Notes: generated by a model from the sequence alone, not told the origin. A stretch of DNA of 50,648 bases, filler included, from Jimgerdemannia flammicorona (GCA_003990765.1; 2 parts of 2 records of this genome joined end to end with filler, not necessarily neighbours in it); one strand, 5' to 3'. Shown: positions 24,001-37,093, numbered from the whole stretch's first letter. Program-made: numbers and translations.

Positions 24001-25190
24001 AGCAGCCGAAAGCGTGGCCATCATGGGAACGACGAATTGCTGTAGTTCGGCCGTAGGGCCGAAGGTGTTCCGCTTGGAGCTGGGGGCGGACGAGCGCGGG
24101 GTGATGGTGGACGTCAGGGCCGCATCGCTGGGATCACCGGTGAAGAAGTTGGTGGGTGAGTTGGTGGAGGACGATGCGTTCGAGGAAGCGTTCGCGAGGG
24201 ATATTGACGAGTTGTGACGATGCTTCGAGGCCGGTCGCTTGGTGGAGGTCGACGCTGAGGACGAGACCGAGGTCTGCGGCTGCGGTCCGACCTGCGGCAG
24301 GCGAGATGAGAACGCCGACGCCCGCGTGGACGACGAGGTAGATTCAGTACGTTTCCGCAACTCCTTGTCCCTGTCCCTGTCCCGTTCCCTATCACGGCTC
24401 TTCGGCGTCAACGCTGGTGCGCTGGTGACATCGAACGCTGAAATCGTGTTCCGATGCGCCCTGTGACTAGGTCCAGCCTCGTCCCTATTACTGCTGCTCG
24501 CCGACCCCTTGGGCCTCCTCCCTACATCCGCTCCCGACGTCGACCCACTCGTAGGCACGTTGACCATTGTTCTCCTCCGTATGCTTGCCAGATACTCATC
24601 CGCCGAAGCCCCCACCGCCGACGCAACGCCCAACAGGCTCGAGATCGCATCCTGTTCCTCCTGGTTCTGCACCCGCTGAAACTCGTCCATCTGCACGTCC
24701 TCCATTGCATCCGCCGACTTCCGATGGCGATGATGGTGATGTTTGCGAGGCGAATCCGGATATCCCGCGTCCGTTCCTAGGGCCGCCAAATCCATCTCGC
24801 CCGTCTCGCCCACCGTCCGCCGAGTCCGCGCCTCGCTCCCAAAATTAGCCTCGTACCCACGATGCCCATTCGCCATGTCCGCTAACTGCTGCTCGAGCTG
24901 CTCGAGCTGCCGCAAGCGTGCAGCGTGCTGCGCCTGCTGCGCGTGGTGGGCCTCTCTTAGCTGGACCCATGGGTCTGGGATGATGTTGGTGTTGCTGGAC
25001 GCCGTGGAAGAGGTCGAACTAACGGACGAGGTTTTGTTTTGCCGATTGGAGTTGGGCGAACTGTGGGATTGGGAGGGAGAGGAAGTCATGCGTGGAACTG
25101 GGGGCGTTGGGTAGTTTTGGGCGGTTGACGGAGACGCGAGGTTCGAGGATGTGGAGAAACGATTGGAGACCCGGGTTTTCGGTGTTGCAT
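18083..25190 (-). CDS. Class-2 DYRK dual-specificity kinase (Pom1/DYRK2-like) with very long Ser/Thr/Pro-rich N-terminus; 5' exon(s) probably lost in the gap
   Basis: Exons approx. 25190-22099, 22015-20683, 20575-20217, 20125-19974, 19866-19791, 19657-19579, 19480-19430, 19353-19289, 19196-19080, 18961-18688, 18554-18221, 18103-18083. Motifs: DH box [65 protein letters not shown]. Confidence 0.92.
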
Positions 25191-25278
25191 CTATGGATGA
25201 AATCATGGGTATTATTGTGAATGGCATGGTCAAGTTATCCGTGGTAAAAATAACAGTGAGGGTCATTGAGCCAAAAAA

Positions 25279-25378
25279 NNNNNNNNNNNNNNNNNNNNNN
25301 NNNNNNNNNNNNNNNNNNNNNNTTAATTAATTAANNNNNNNNNNNNNNNNNNNNNNNNNNNNNNNNNNNNNNNNNNNN
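25279..25378. other. Assembly gap / artificial contig linker
   Basis: N-run containing TTAATTAATTAA (25323-25334), which gives stops in all six frames. Confidence 0.95.
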
Positions 25379-28300
25379 CTCACACTTGAAAACCACCTTG
25401 CCCCCGACCACTCCAACTTTTCCTTCACTCTGCCCACTGATTTACTCTACTAAATAGTGCCACCAACCCCCCAGCAGACCCCATCCCAGCCACCAGCCTG
25501 TCAAGATGTTCTCTATAAACTCTTCCCACCTCACCAACCACTCCCTCAAACTCAAATGCTTTTCTTTCTCAAAAACAATAGCCAGTGACCTAGTAGTCTT
25601 ACTCATACTGCTAATATTTAACCCAAAATCTGCCACTCCTTCCTCACCCCCCCCCCCACCAATCTATCCCTCAGATACTCTCATTGTTCCCACTCATCAT
25701 TCCTCCTATGTACAACACCCAATCTATTTCCAACTACTAACTAGAATTCACCAAGTACCTTACACTCCTCCAGTATTCTAGTATTGGTACAAACCCCTCT
25801 TCTGTCTTACATTATAACACTCCTTACAGTCAAAGTTCCCCCCCTCTACAAAGTGACCTAAGTGAAAGTTGAGCATAACATTCTGCAGCATGCACCACCA
25901 AACCACCCAGTACTTGGGTGGCAACCATCATCTTATCTCTGCACTCTATACCCAGACTCCATTCCAGTCCCACTTCTCTCCAATTCCTGCTGCCTGTCAG
26001 CTGCTAGGCCAAACATCCTGTATCATCTCTCTCTGGCACTCTACTATATCACAAATATCAAAGTCCAAAAGAGGGGTGCTCTCCAGTAATACTCAATCCC
26101 ATCTCCACATTGCTGGACCCCAAGATATCTCTCCTTCATCCCTCTGCCAGAAAATTCCAATATAGTGAGCCCCATCCTCAAACTCCCCACCAGAAGCCCT
26201 TAAATCTCATATACCCACTATTTGAAAGCCCCACTAAGGACAGTAGATCCCCAGTAGCTCCTCTCAGTGAGCACCTCATCTCTCAGACCTTCTTCATCAG
26301 AGGAACTCAGCTACCACCCCTCAATTCCACTGCTCTCTTCAGCCACCATACTCTTAGATAATGTAATCTCTTCAGGAAGTCAACCAGTCCTAGGCCTCCT
26401 CTAGCCACTGGCAATGACAAGGTTTTCCAACTAATCTGACTCCTCTGCCCAGCCCAGATCTAATCTTTGGTCAGCTTCAAGAGCCTCTTCACTACCCAGG
26501 CCAAAAAGTCCAGATGGTATACCAAATACTACAACTTCAGTAGTCAGTAGACATTCAAAATCATAATACACTCTGCCAAAGAGAGGTGGTGGCCACCCCC
26601 TTTCTCTGCTACCTTACCGGTCACAAGGTTTGGTAGGCGACCTTCTGAGTCCCCTTTCCCCTATTATTACCCCCTCTACCTTGGGTTGGTTTGCTGTGCC
26701 TGTAGGGGCATGGTAGGAGGAGGGCAATGGTGATGAGTTGCCCCTTTATCAGTGTTGGATCGGTGCTTCCTCTACTTTTTCACAGATTCTGGTGCCCTCA
26801 GCTGCGTCTGGGGTATACCCATTTTGGTGCAGCGCCTTCTTCCTTTTGCCATTGCCAACAAGGTGTTGTCTCAGTATGTCTTGGGCTATGTAGGGAGTCG
26901 GCTGACCTTGGGCATCAAGTGTTCAGTGTAGATTACCTGCAGGTCCTCGGTGCCTGTGGTGGGGCCCTCTGGCTTTGGTGAGCTTCCCGGCGAGTGCAGT
27001 TCTGGCATAGGTGACTGTTTTTTGGGTGTTGTCGGGATGGGAGGGGAGATGGCCATCACAGATAGGAGGAAGGGCAATAATGGTGAACCAGTAGGGTGCC
27101 AGGCTTGGGGCAGTCATCGGGGCTGGGGCAGGTGCTGCTTCGGTGGGGCCTTTTGATTGGTACAGTGTGGTTAGGTGGTAGGTGTCACTATTGGCTTCTT
27201 TTGGCAGTCAGCGGGGTTGGGCCCCAGTCATCAGGGGGGGTCAGGAGGCCCAAGGCTACCCATTTCAGGCATCTTGGCTGCACTTAACTAGAACTGGGAG
27301 CTGATACAGCAATGTGATCGAGGCTCGCAGGCTTGAGTAGTGGGGTATTGGGGGTTTCCTCCTACCTCACATGTAAGTTCTTTACTCACCTCAACTGGGA
27401 GAACCAGGCCCTACCCACCATGTTGTACTTTGATGAGGGTTTTTTCTTTGTCTGTCATTCTCTTTGGAGTGGCAGGGGCTATTCTATTTGGCTCAGGCAT
27501 GGCCTTGTATATATGTTGGGTTCTCAGGCATGTGCTTTTGGTCGTTGGCATATGGTTGGGTTTCCCCTGGTGGTAGGGAGAGCATGGTGCACAGAATGAG
27601 GTGTGGGCCTAATCGGCCCTGCTGCACCTGGCATGGTCAAGCTGCTGGACAATAGCTAGTCTAGGTTAATGGGGGGGCAGTGCTTGGTGGGTGGTGGGGG
27701 AGGGTTTTGGCCTATATAGTCTAGGTTCCCTTCCAATAAAAATCTGTGGAACATGAGTCCATTAAAAAAAAAAAAAAAAGAGAGGTGGTGGCCTCCCCAA
27801 TCTTGTAGGATCTCTCTCTAGATGGCCACTTGTTGCCTACACCAAGGTCTTGGCAGAATGGATCCATATATAGAGAGATAGAGATAGATACCTAAGTACC
27901 TCACAGCTTCTTCAATATAGAAAATTATTCCAATAACATCCCCTCCTACCAGGACATTACCTAACACTATTGTTTTACACTTGTACTATTTAAGTTTAGC
28001 CCCAGAGTATGCCTCATACCACTCCTCTATTTCTTAGACTCAACAATAGTAATTGACCCCAGACCAACTACCATATCATCTACAAAAGCTCCAACCTTCC
28101 ACAAAATGCTGAATATAGAGAGTCCTACAATCTTCCAACTAATTCTATTCAACAATGGCTCTAAGGACAGAGCATATAAGATAGGAGACAGTAGGTCCCT
28201 CTGTGAAATGCTCCTCCCCAGAGAGAATGCTACCCCTCAATACCTATTGCATATGAGCACCAATCTACTCCCTTCTAGTATGCTGATCATTGCTACTAAA

Positions 28301-31300
28301 AACTGCCTAGAGATACCAATCCTATCCAGAACCTTTATTAGCCAGACTCACCACACACAGTCATAGCTTTCTCCTGATCCAAGAAGACCAATCTCCCATC
28401 TAGTCCACAGGCTTGAGTCCCTTCAATAATACCATATACTTAGGCCATACTATCCCTAATGAGCCAGCCCTCTACAAAACCTTGCTGCTCCTTACCCAAG
28501 ACTTGTTGGGCCACCTTCTGGAGCCATACCACCACCACCTTAGTGATCAACTTTCTGCCCATGTCCAGTAGCATGATGGGCCACCAGTTTCTCCAATCCT
28601 CCCTCCTACCCTTATCCTTAAATAGCAGAGCCACCAGCCCCAGATCCTGTTCCCCCACCCACCTCCTGGACTATAGTACCAAGTTACAAAGTACTATCAA
28701 CTCCCCCATTACTCCAGAGATACATATCTACCATCTTCTTCCAAATGTCTCAGAGCAAACCATACTCTCCTGGTGCCATGCCCAACATAGTCACAGCAAG
28801 AACCTGGTGAATTTCCTCCTCCCAAACTGGCCCCACCAAGCCCTTCAGCCCATTAGCCTGTGGTGGGTGCCATTTCTCCAAAGCATATTCTATGGTGTCA
28901 GCATCAGCCCCACCCTCCTCCTCACTTCACAAATCACTCCACCTCTCCTTCAATAAGCCCAAAATATCTTGTAAACTATGTATCAGCAGACTACCAGAAT
29001 CAAGAACTCCTTCCCATTACTGCTTCACTTCTCTCACCTGAAGGGACCTTAAAAGGTACCAAGAGGGCCTCTTCCCCTACTCCAATCCCTGGCATTATAG
29101 TTGTACAGCCAAACCATACACTCTTATCTCCTCCTCCTCTATCAATACCTGCTGTAACTCTGCAACCTCTAGTCTTGCTACATCAACCTCCAGTTCTTCA
29201 CTCCCTCTAGGGCCAAGAGCTCAGCCCAATCTTCCAAAAGCCCAGCCAATCTAGCAGAAACCCATGTCACCCTTCTTCTCCTCTATTTTTCTGTCTCCTT
29301 GCCATCTTCATTACAGTAAACCCAAGCAGCCTCCTTCAATCTCACCCACTGGATACCAACTGTGGCCCCCTCCTGTACCCAGCCCTCTATTCTCTGCCAA
29401 ATGTCCTCTGCTCACTTGCCCTACAAATCCTTCTCAGCCAACAAATAGGAATTGAGACACTAATGTCCAGGCCCATCCCCACTCCCCCTGAAATGTCCCT
29501 GCCCCAATAGTCCCCAGTGATCAGACCATGGACACCACTCAGTCTCTAGTGACTTCCAAACATCCAAGCCCCAGCAGTCCACCATTAACATCCAGTCAAT
29601 CCTCATACCCTGACCATTAGCCCAGTGCATGTATACCCTCCAATATCCACTAGAGCACTCAACCTCTCCACTTCCTCCCATGTCTCCAACTCTCCACTCT
29701 TACCCGCTGTCCTCTACCCACCATCAGTTCTATCCACCAATGTCTCTCTGACCTTATTAAAGTCACCTCCAAGGATATCCACTCCAGCCTCTACAAGAGT
29801 CTCACTCTCCAGGAGCACCTTCACCCAATCCACTCTCTCATCATATACAGTAGGGCAGTAGCAAGACCCCACCATAACTGGCTCCCAACCTGGTTAAATC
29901 CACTCTCCCCAGACTAGTCTGTCTCCCCAGCTCCTTATATCTTATATCTCCCCTCTTCCTCTCTATGCCAGGATCCCAATCTTACTCTTCCAAACTGCTA
30001 CACCTCTCCATTTTGTCATCCATTTCAGTCTATCTATATTATCTTTACATCTAACATCCTGCAGAAGAAAGAGATCAGCCTCCAAGCTCTTCAACCAAGT
30101 AAAAATATTTTGATGCCTAACTAAACTCTACAGCTCATTCACATTTAAAGAAAAAATGTTTGTTGTATTATTCATAAGAAATAATATTAAAAGTCATACC
30201 GACTCTCTACAACTCTACATTCATCCTTTCCTGAGCCTAGTCTAAGTTGTGTCTCCCAGCTACTGCCACCTCTTCAACTCTCCTTATCTCCAATCCAACC
30301 AGTAGTTCAGTTTGTTCCCAATCCTCCTTTTCCTCAAAATCCTCACAATACTTCAGCCAGGTCTTCTGCCAGAGCTATAATCCATAATACTCTATCCAAC
30401 AGAAGGTAGCCTGCTCACCAGTTGTAACTACCAGCTTGGCCTCCCTCTCCTTATCAACCTCATACTCTTTCTTCTCTAGGAAAACTGCAAGTATCTCTGT
30501 CTTTAGCACCTCCACCACTCTATCACCCTGTAGGATTCATGTCCAATACTCATCACTCATCACTCTTAGACCCACTTCTCCCAACTCTTCTGCTGCAATG
30601 TTGCTCATTATCTGATATATCCAAAGTAGATTTCCCACCTCTTTCCTCCCTGGAGTTGCTGGCCTTCCATTACCCATCATTAAAGTATCTGCCCCTATAC
30701 TTGTAGTCTCCTTCTACTCCTCCTTTGGGACATCCACCAGTTCATCCTTGCTAGCTGCCACCACCTGACCCTCTAATCACCATCTCAGAAACTCCAAAGT
30801 ACACATACTGGGTACTGTGCATTGGTACATCCTCTGCCACTCAACATCTCTCAGCTAGTCTCTACCTAATAAGAGGAGAATAAGTATCCTCTCAGACTTC
30901 AAATGTACCATCCTTTTATGGGTCCTGACTCAGTATCTTCCTGGCCTCCTCCAGACCCACCTCTATTCTCTTTACTTCCACTGGCCCAGACACTCACTTT
31001 GGCTCCTCCAGTATTCTCACTACCACCAGCAGCCCTCTTCGCCTCTCCCTCTAGTTTCATCAGTAACTCCCTCTGCCTATTGCATCCTTGAGTCCTCTCC
31101 CACAGCCTCTTATCTATGCAGATGCACTTCCCATCAACAATCTCCAAGTGTGTCAACTCTACATATACCTTCCAGGCCTTTGCCCTCTGCTCTACTGTAC
31201 CACTCAGCTCCTTCAGTGCCTCCAACAAGTCCTCTTCCTCCTCCCTCACTCCTCTTCACCCTTGTCACCTTGTATACAAAAGCTTCCCAAATCATTACTG

Positions 31301-31835
31301 AAGGCCAATCACAAGCCTTCCCAGTAGCCTCTCTCCCTGCCAACTAGATATAGACATCAACATCCCCCATCTGGAAAGAGGTCCCTTCTCAGATCTTGAA
31401 CCCCACATTGACCACCTCTCTGTACTTGGCTATGACTTCCTCAACTCTCCTCTTCATCTCTACAGCAGTCACCATAGGAACCCCTTTCACCAGGAGCTGT
31501 ACCAACCTGGGATTCCACCTCAAGCAGTGTGCTATTAGAATATATACATATCTCTCCAACTGTCAACCCAGTCTTCAGTATATCCTCCAATGGCCCAGTC
31601 TCCTCAAAGTCCACCTCTACCCCTTCTAGGCCTCTCAGGAACTTAACTGACACTGCACCATCCATCTGCTTCACAATCAGCCCTAAGATCATTTTTGCTA
31701 TCACTGCCATGCCCCAGTAACACAATGTAACTATTTACTCCAAGATTGACTTCTTGAGTAATAGGGCCACTGCCAGATCCATTATACCATCAACCAGGTC
31801 ACAAGGCCTCATATTCTTCCCACAACTCAGTCCAC
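25379..31835 (-). mobile_element. Decayed non-LTR retrotransposon (L1/Tx1-like LINE): ORF1 remnant + APE-RT ORF2, interrupted by a nested insertion
   Basis: ORF2 ATG at 30175 (MNNTTNIFSLNVNEL..LFLLQDV); RIDWML and WSDHWGL (APE); NWWPIMLLDMGRKLITK and QQGFVEGWLI (RT). Multiple stops, CpG-depleted. Confidence 0.88.
26595..27779 (+). mobile_element. Poly(A)-tailed retroposon insertion (~1.2 kb) with target-site duplication, nested in the LINE
   Basis: TSD GAGAGGTGGTGGCC at 26581-26594 and 27780-27793; AATAAA at ~27735; poly(A) 27764-27779; homologous to ~49470-50648. Confidence 0.92.
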
Positions 31836-31839
31836 CATC

Positions 31840-34800
31840 AGCAGTCGAGTTACTGGATATATCAGATAAGGAGTGGGATGAGTCAGTGAGGAGGAGCACT
31901 TTGGTGGACCCAGGGGTGGGGGGTGGTTGGGTCACCCAGGGTGTGGTAGAGGTGGTGGATGAGGAGAAGTGGCTGTAGAAGACTCTGGAAGGGGTGGCAG
32001 TGGAGGAGCTGGGGGGAGAGGACTTCCGGGTTATGGAAGAGAGGCATTGGGAGGAAATCCTTCAGGGTGAAGAGGTACCAAGGAAGGTGAGGAATGAGAT
32101 CCTGGTGGTCCTTTTGGAATCAGTTGAATATCAAGTTGATGATCAGAGAGAGGAGGAACTTAGGGAGATTGCGAATGACCAGGTGGCATACTTGTGGAGC
32201 TCAAGGAAGGGATTGGAGAAGTGGAGAACAGTCTGCACAGACTACCAGTCAGAGATAGAGATGGTGGATGAGGTGGAATGTCAGGAAATCTTGGAGGCAT
32301 TGGATGCTCAGGCTGTCATGGAGGGTGACTTGGAAGCAGAGAGGTACTTGGATCTGGCTGGGGATATAATGAGCATGGAATACTAGGCTGGGATCTTAAA
32401 TTCAAACCTTTCTTTCAATATGAACAGTATAACTAGAATATTCTCTTTGAATGTGAATGGGTTACAGGGAGTGGCTAAGAGGAAGTACATATTTGGATAG
32501 CTAAAGGGACTGGATGCAGAGCTCTTCTTGCTGTAGGATGTCCATTATGAGGTGGATGTGGACTTACAGAATTGGACTAAGGAATGGGGGGGGGGGCTGC
32601 AGTATGGATGGGGAGGGTGGGTATCCTCATTCGAAAAGAGATGGAGGACATTGGGGACATTGGACATTGGGTGTCTCCATTAGTGTGGGGAGTGTGGAAG
32701 AGGCCTGGATGGAGCCTGTTGACAGTTGGGTAATGTTACTGCCCAGCAGAGAGTGGGGAATGGGTGGATTGGATTTACAGTTTGAAAGAGGCCAGGGTCT
32801 TGGGTGAGGTTGGGTTGGACTACCTGGGGGGTGACTTCAACATGGTATGGGATAAGGGGATGGACAGGACAGATGGAGGGAGAGGAATGCAGAGCAAAAG
32901 TGGTGGGTTGGATGACTGGTTGGAGATGGAGAGGCTGAGTTCTTTGGTTGATTCAGGGAGATGGTTTTGGAATGATCGTCAAATTTATACTCACTGGGCA
33001 GCAGGGCTGGGCTCAAGAATTGATTGGATATTGATGGCAGACTGCTGGGGAGTGGATGTCTAGACAATGCTGGAGGTGGTCCGGTGTCTGTGGTCAGATC
33101 ACTGTGGTCTGCTAGGAGGGGGGAGGTTTGGGGGAAGTGGGGATGAGCCTGGACATTAGAGACTAAATTCCTTTTTGTTGGAGGATGAGGTTTTGTGGGT
33201 GGACTGAGAAAAGGAGGTTATTGGAAATATAGGGAGGTGGCAGGACCAGGGCCTAGTGATTGGGGACCACTGGAGGAGGCTGAAGGCGAGTACTCAGAGA
33301 TACTGGAGGGAAGCAGGGAAAGGAAGGTGTGCCCAATGATGGTGGAGAGTGCTATGGGCCTCACAGCATTTGGTGGTGCTCATGGAGAGATGGGCAGGGG
33401 TGCTAGAAGATTGGGAGGCAACCAACTGGTATATTGTGAGGATATAGAAGGAAGTTGAGAAGCTTAAGGAAGTGTTACAAAGGGAGGAAGAGGTTAGGCT
33501 GAAGGGGATGGTGGCATGGCTGTGGTGGCAGGGGCTTGAAGAGGGAGAGAGACCTACTAGGTTTTTATCATGGATGTTACAAGCACAACAAATGAAGCAG
33601 TGGTGGGATGGAGTCCTGGATGTGGATGGAGAGATGGTGGTGGGGACTCCGGCAATTCTGAGATGTCTGAGGACCTGTTGGGAGGATCTGTAGAGCAAGG
33701 AGGAAGGGGGGGAGGATGCTTTGAATATTGAGAGGCAGCTGGGAGATTGGCATCTGGACTCTGCAATGGGCCTGGGGACTTTGGGGGACCTAGTGAGAGG
33801 AGAGGAAATTTGCAAGGTTTTGGATATGACAAGTAAGGGGATGGCTCTGGGGGAGGACAGACTTCCCTGGGATTTTTGGAAGAAGATGGCTGGGGTGGGT
33901 GAGGTATTGAAGGAAATGTTGAATATGTGTAGTGAGGTTCTTCAGTCTGGAACTTGGATTGGGGGCCAGCACCTAGGGCTGGTCTCCTTGCTCTACAAGG
34001 ATAAAGGGAGATAGAAAGATTGGAAGAACTGGCAGCCAATCATACTACTCAACATGGACCACAAACTGGTGACAAAGATATTGGTGATGAGGCTGCAGGA
34101 AATCGCTCAGCAAGTGCTTGGTGTGGAGTAATGAGGATTTGTCAGTGGTCAGTTGATCCATGATGGGATGGCTTGGGTACATGATATGATTGAAGGGGCC
34201 CAGGCCACAGGGGTAGATGGCCAATTGGTCTTTTTGGATCAGGAGAAGGTGTATGATAGAGTGAGGAGGATCTGGTTAGAGGGAGTGTTGAAATGGATTG
34301 GTGTTCCCCCTGGATTTCACAGGTCATTGATCAGCCTTTTGGAAAACAGTCAGGCTGCATTGGTAGTTAATGGCCACAGGGGGGTAGCCTTTCCTCTTGG
34401 TCGTGGGGTGCCACTAGGTGACCCTTTGTCACCCATCTTATATGCCCTCTCCCTGGAGCCCCTACTGGACAGGATCCGGCATTGAATTGGAGGCTTGAAC
34501 ATTCTAGAGATAAATTGGAAGGTGGGGGCCTTTGCGGATGACATGGTGGTTGGACTGGGCTTGTTGGCAGATGTGGGGGAATTATAAAGGTCTGTTGAAT
34601 GGTATGAGAGGGGATCTGGTGCTAAACTCAATTGGCACAAATGCGAGCCTCTGGTGCTAGGGGGTGGAATAATTGGTGGTAATGTGATTGGGACAGTGGT
34701 GCTGGCAGGAGAGCCAGTGTGTTACTTGGAGATCTACTTCTCAGTGTTTGGGTCCCTTCTCCCCCATGCATGGTGGGACCAATGACTTCTGGAGTGGGGA

Positions 34801-35778
34801 AATGTACTTCTGTGATGGAGTAGTCAGCATATATCCTTAGCAGGAAGGGTGATGGTGCTGAATGTGTATTGGCTGCTGAAGCTGTGGTACATGGGGTATC
34901 ATCTGGACTTCCCAGCTTGGGTGGTCAGGGGGCTGTTGAAGATAGTGAGATCATGGATCTGGGGAGGGTGGCAAAGTCAGATAGGTTGGAAGGTTCTTAC
35001 CCTATCAGTGGAAAGAAGTGGGCTGGGTTTAGTGGACTTTACCAAATGGCTTCATTGCTTGTGAGCCTTGGCTGAGGAGGACAAGTGAGCTGAGGGACCA
35101 GGAGTGGGTGCCACTCATGCAGAGGGTGTGGGAGACCCGGTATTTCCCTCATGGAGCTTCTGGCAACCTGCTTACAATGGTGGCCATGGATGGGAGCAGG
35201 AGGATGCAGTATAAGGGCTTTTGGTGGGGGGTGGTGGATAGTGCTAAGAGAATTGGACTTTGGTAGTGGGGTGATAAAGGAGAGGAGGATTGGGGACTGC
35301 AGATGCGACAACAAGACAGGCCACTGCTGGGTAGTATTTTGGTGGAGGACTTCTAGCTTGGCAATGGTATAGAGTGTTTGTGGGGCTTGGGTGGAGATCT
35401 TTGGCCTAGGCCCGGCAGAGGGTTGGGATTGGTGAGGAGTGAGACTAGAATGGTATCTGGCTTTGGAGCAAGCAGGTGATACAGTGGCTGCCCCCCAAGT
35501 TTTGAATGGTATGGTGGCAAGTTCTATGGCGGAATATGATATTGAACTATCAGTCTGGGCACTTGGTGGCCAGTGGCACATTTGAGTGTGAGGAATGTTT
35601 CAATGTTGGACAGGAAGGGGGAGAGATACAAACACCTGAACATTGGCTTAGCGAGTGTGACATTTTGGGGATGTTTTGGGATATATCATGGTCCAGTTAG
35701 GGCTGTAAGCCCTGGAGGGAGGGGAAAGGGGGAGATGGGGAGAGCTCTGCCAAAGGCTGGTTGGAGGGGTTGGGGATG
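31840..35778 (+). mobile_element. Decayed L1/Tx1-like LINE (ORF1 3' part + ORF2), 3'-truncated just after the zinc knuckle
   Basis: ORF2 ATG at 32420: IFSLNVNGL..LL*DVH, LGGDFN, RIDWIL, SDHCGL; RT NWQPIILLNMDHKL, FLDQEKVYDRV, GVPLGDPLSPILYALSLEPL, AFADDMVV; CEEC..QTPEHWLSEC knuckle. Confidence 0.9.
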
Positions 35779-35787
35779 ACACCTGCC

Positions 35788-36858
35788 ATGTTGCAACTCT
35801 ACGTTTGGAGCCCGGCCCTTGACGCCCCCTCCATTGACCCGGGCTCGACCGCTATCATGGCTTACCTTCAGCTTATCGGCGCTAGCTTTAACGTTGTCGA
35901 GTCCAACGATCCAAACATCTCGCCCACAGGGGAACTCCCGCTCCTGAAGGACGGCCCGGCGTGGATCGGTGGTGCAAACCGTATCCTTGTTCATTTGGCT
36001 AAAAAGGGTATGGACGGAAACGAGAACCTGACGCCCGAGCAGAAAGCCCAATACTTTGCATACGCTTCGTTGGTCGAGGACAAGCTCTACGACTGCATGC
36101 TCTTCACATGGTACGCGGACACCACCAACTTCGTCAAGACAATTCGGCCGACCTACGCCAAGCTCCTGCCCTTCCCGACGCGGTATATCGTCCCAAGCCA
36201 GCTGCGCAAGGCCGCAAAATTCAGGCTCGAGGAGTATGGCGTCGAGGTCACAGAAGACGACGCCGTCGTGAGCCAAGCTACCGAGGAGAGGAAGTTCTTA
36301 CTCGAGACATGGCATAAGATGTATACCGTCGCGCGGACCGGGTATCATAGCCTGTCGATTAGGCTGGGCAATAAGAAATATTTCTTCGGTGATAAACCCA
36401 CAACACTAGACTGCCTTGTCTTCGCGCATCTCTCCCTACACATCTACAAATCGACCCCTCACCACCGCCTCCACACGATCCTGGTGACGGATTACCAAAG
36501 CCTCCTCCAGCACACGGACCGCATGCGCAAACGCTTCTTCGCCACCCCGCTCACACGCGGCGAGGCCTCGTCCAATTTGCCTTCGCCCTGGGCCGCCCTG
36601 TGGCGCGATCCCGTTGGGTGGTTCCGCGGCGTAAGGGCCGAAATCCGCGGCGAGACAGATCAGAACACGAAAGAGAAGTTGCACAAGAGCGAGCAGCAGA
36701 TCGATTTTGAGAGGAAGAGGGTGTGGGCTGTGGCGGGAGCAGTTGTCGTCGTTATCGCGTACGTTTTTGTGAATGGGATTGTCAGGATCGTGAAGGAGGA
36801 TGATGAGTACGCGGATGCAAGGGAGAGGGAAAGGGAGGTCGAGGTGGAATTGGAGTAA
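35788..36858 (+). CDS. Metaxin / Sam37-family mitochondrial outer-membrane protein (intronless, ~356 aa)
   Basis: LQLYVW..PSIDP....AYL, SNDPNISPTGELPLL, GST-like C-domain LS.RLG.KKYFFGDKPTTLDCLVFAHL, C-terminal TM (VWAVAGAVVVVIAYVFVNGIV). Alternative ATG at 35776. Confidence 0.9.
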   Translation: MLQLYVWSPALDAPSIDPGSTAIMAYLQLIGASFNVVESNDPNISPTGELPLLKDGPAWIGGANRILVHLAKKGMDGNENLTPEQKAQYFAYASLVEDKLYDCMLFTWYADTTNFVKTIRPTYAKLLPFPTRYIVPSQLRKAAKFRLEEYGVEVTEDDAVVSQATEERKFLLETWHKMYTVARTGYHSLSIRLGNKKYFFGDKPTTLDCLVFAHLSLHIYKSTPHHRLHTILVTDYQSLLQHTDRMRKRFFATPLTRGEASSNLPSPWAALWRDPVGWFRGVRAEIRGETDQNTKEKLHKSEQQIDFERKRVWAVAGAVVVVIAYVFVNGIVRIVKEDDEYADAREREREVEVELE

Positions 36859-37093
36859 AAAGCAAGAAGAGGGCGGGGGAGGGAAGTTACATTCTGGGGG
36901 TTACCGGTTCGTTGGGAAGATGTATTTTGCACATTCGCCTTTTTAAGTAAACGGGTCGGAACGTCTGATCCGTGAACCGTGAGAAACACACCACGTGTGG
37001 TCACGATGGTCATTTGGACTTCGCCCCCCAAAATCTCGTGCATAATTAAATAATCAGCCTCCATCATCGGTTACCCCACACTCCTCTCCAACT

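Noticed and set aside
20265..25114. Many plus-strand and alternative-frame ORFs over the DYRK gene
   Set aside because: Shadow ORFs of GC-rich coding sequence with no recognisable domains.
25323..25334. TTAATTAATTAA as a biological palindrome
   Set aside because: It is embedded in Ns and is a six-frame-stop scaffolding linker, so adjacency of the two sides is not guaranteed.
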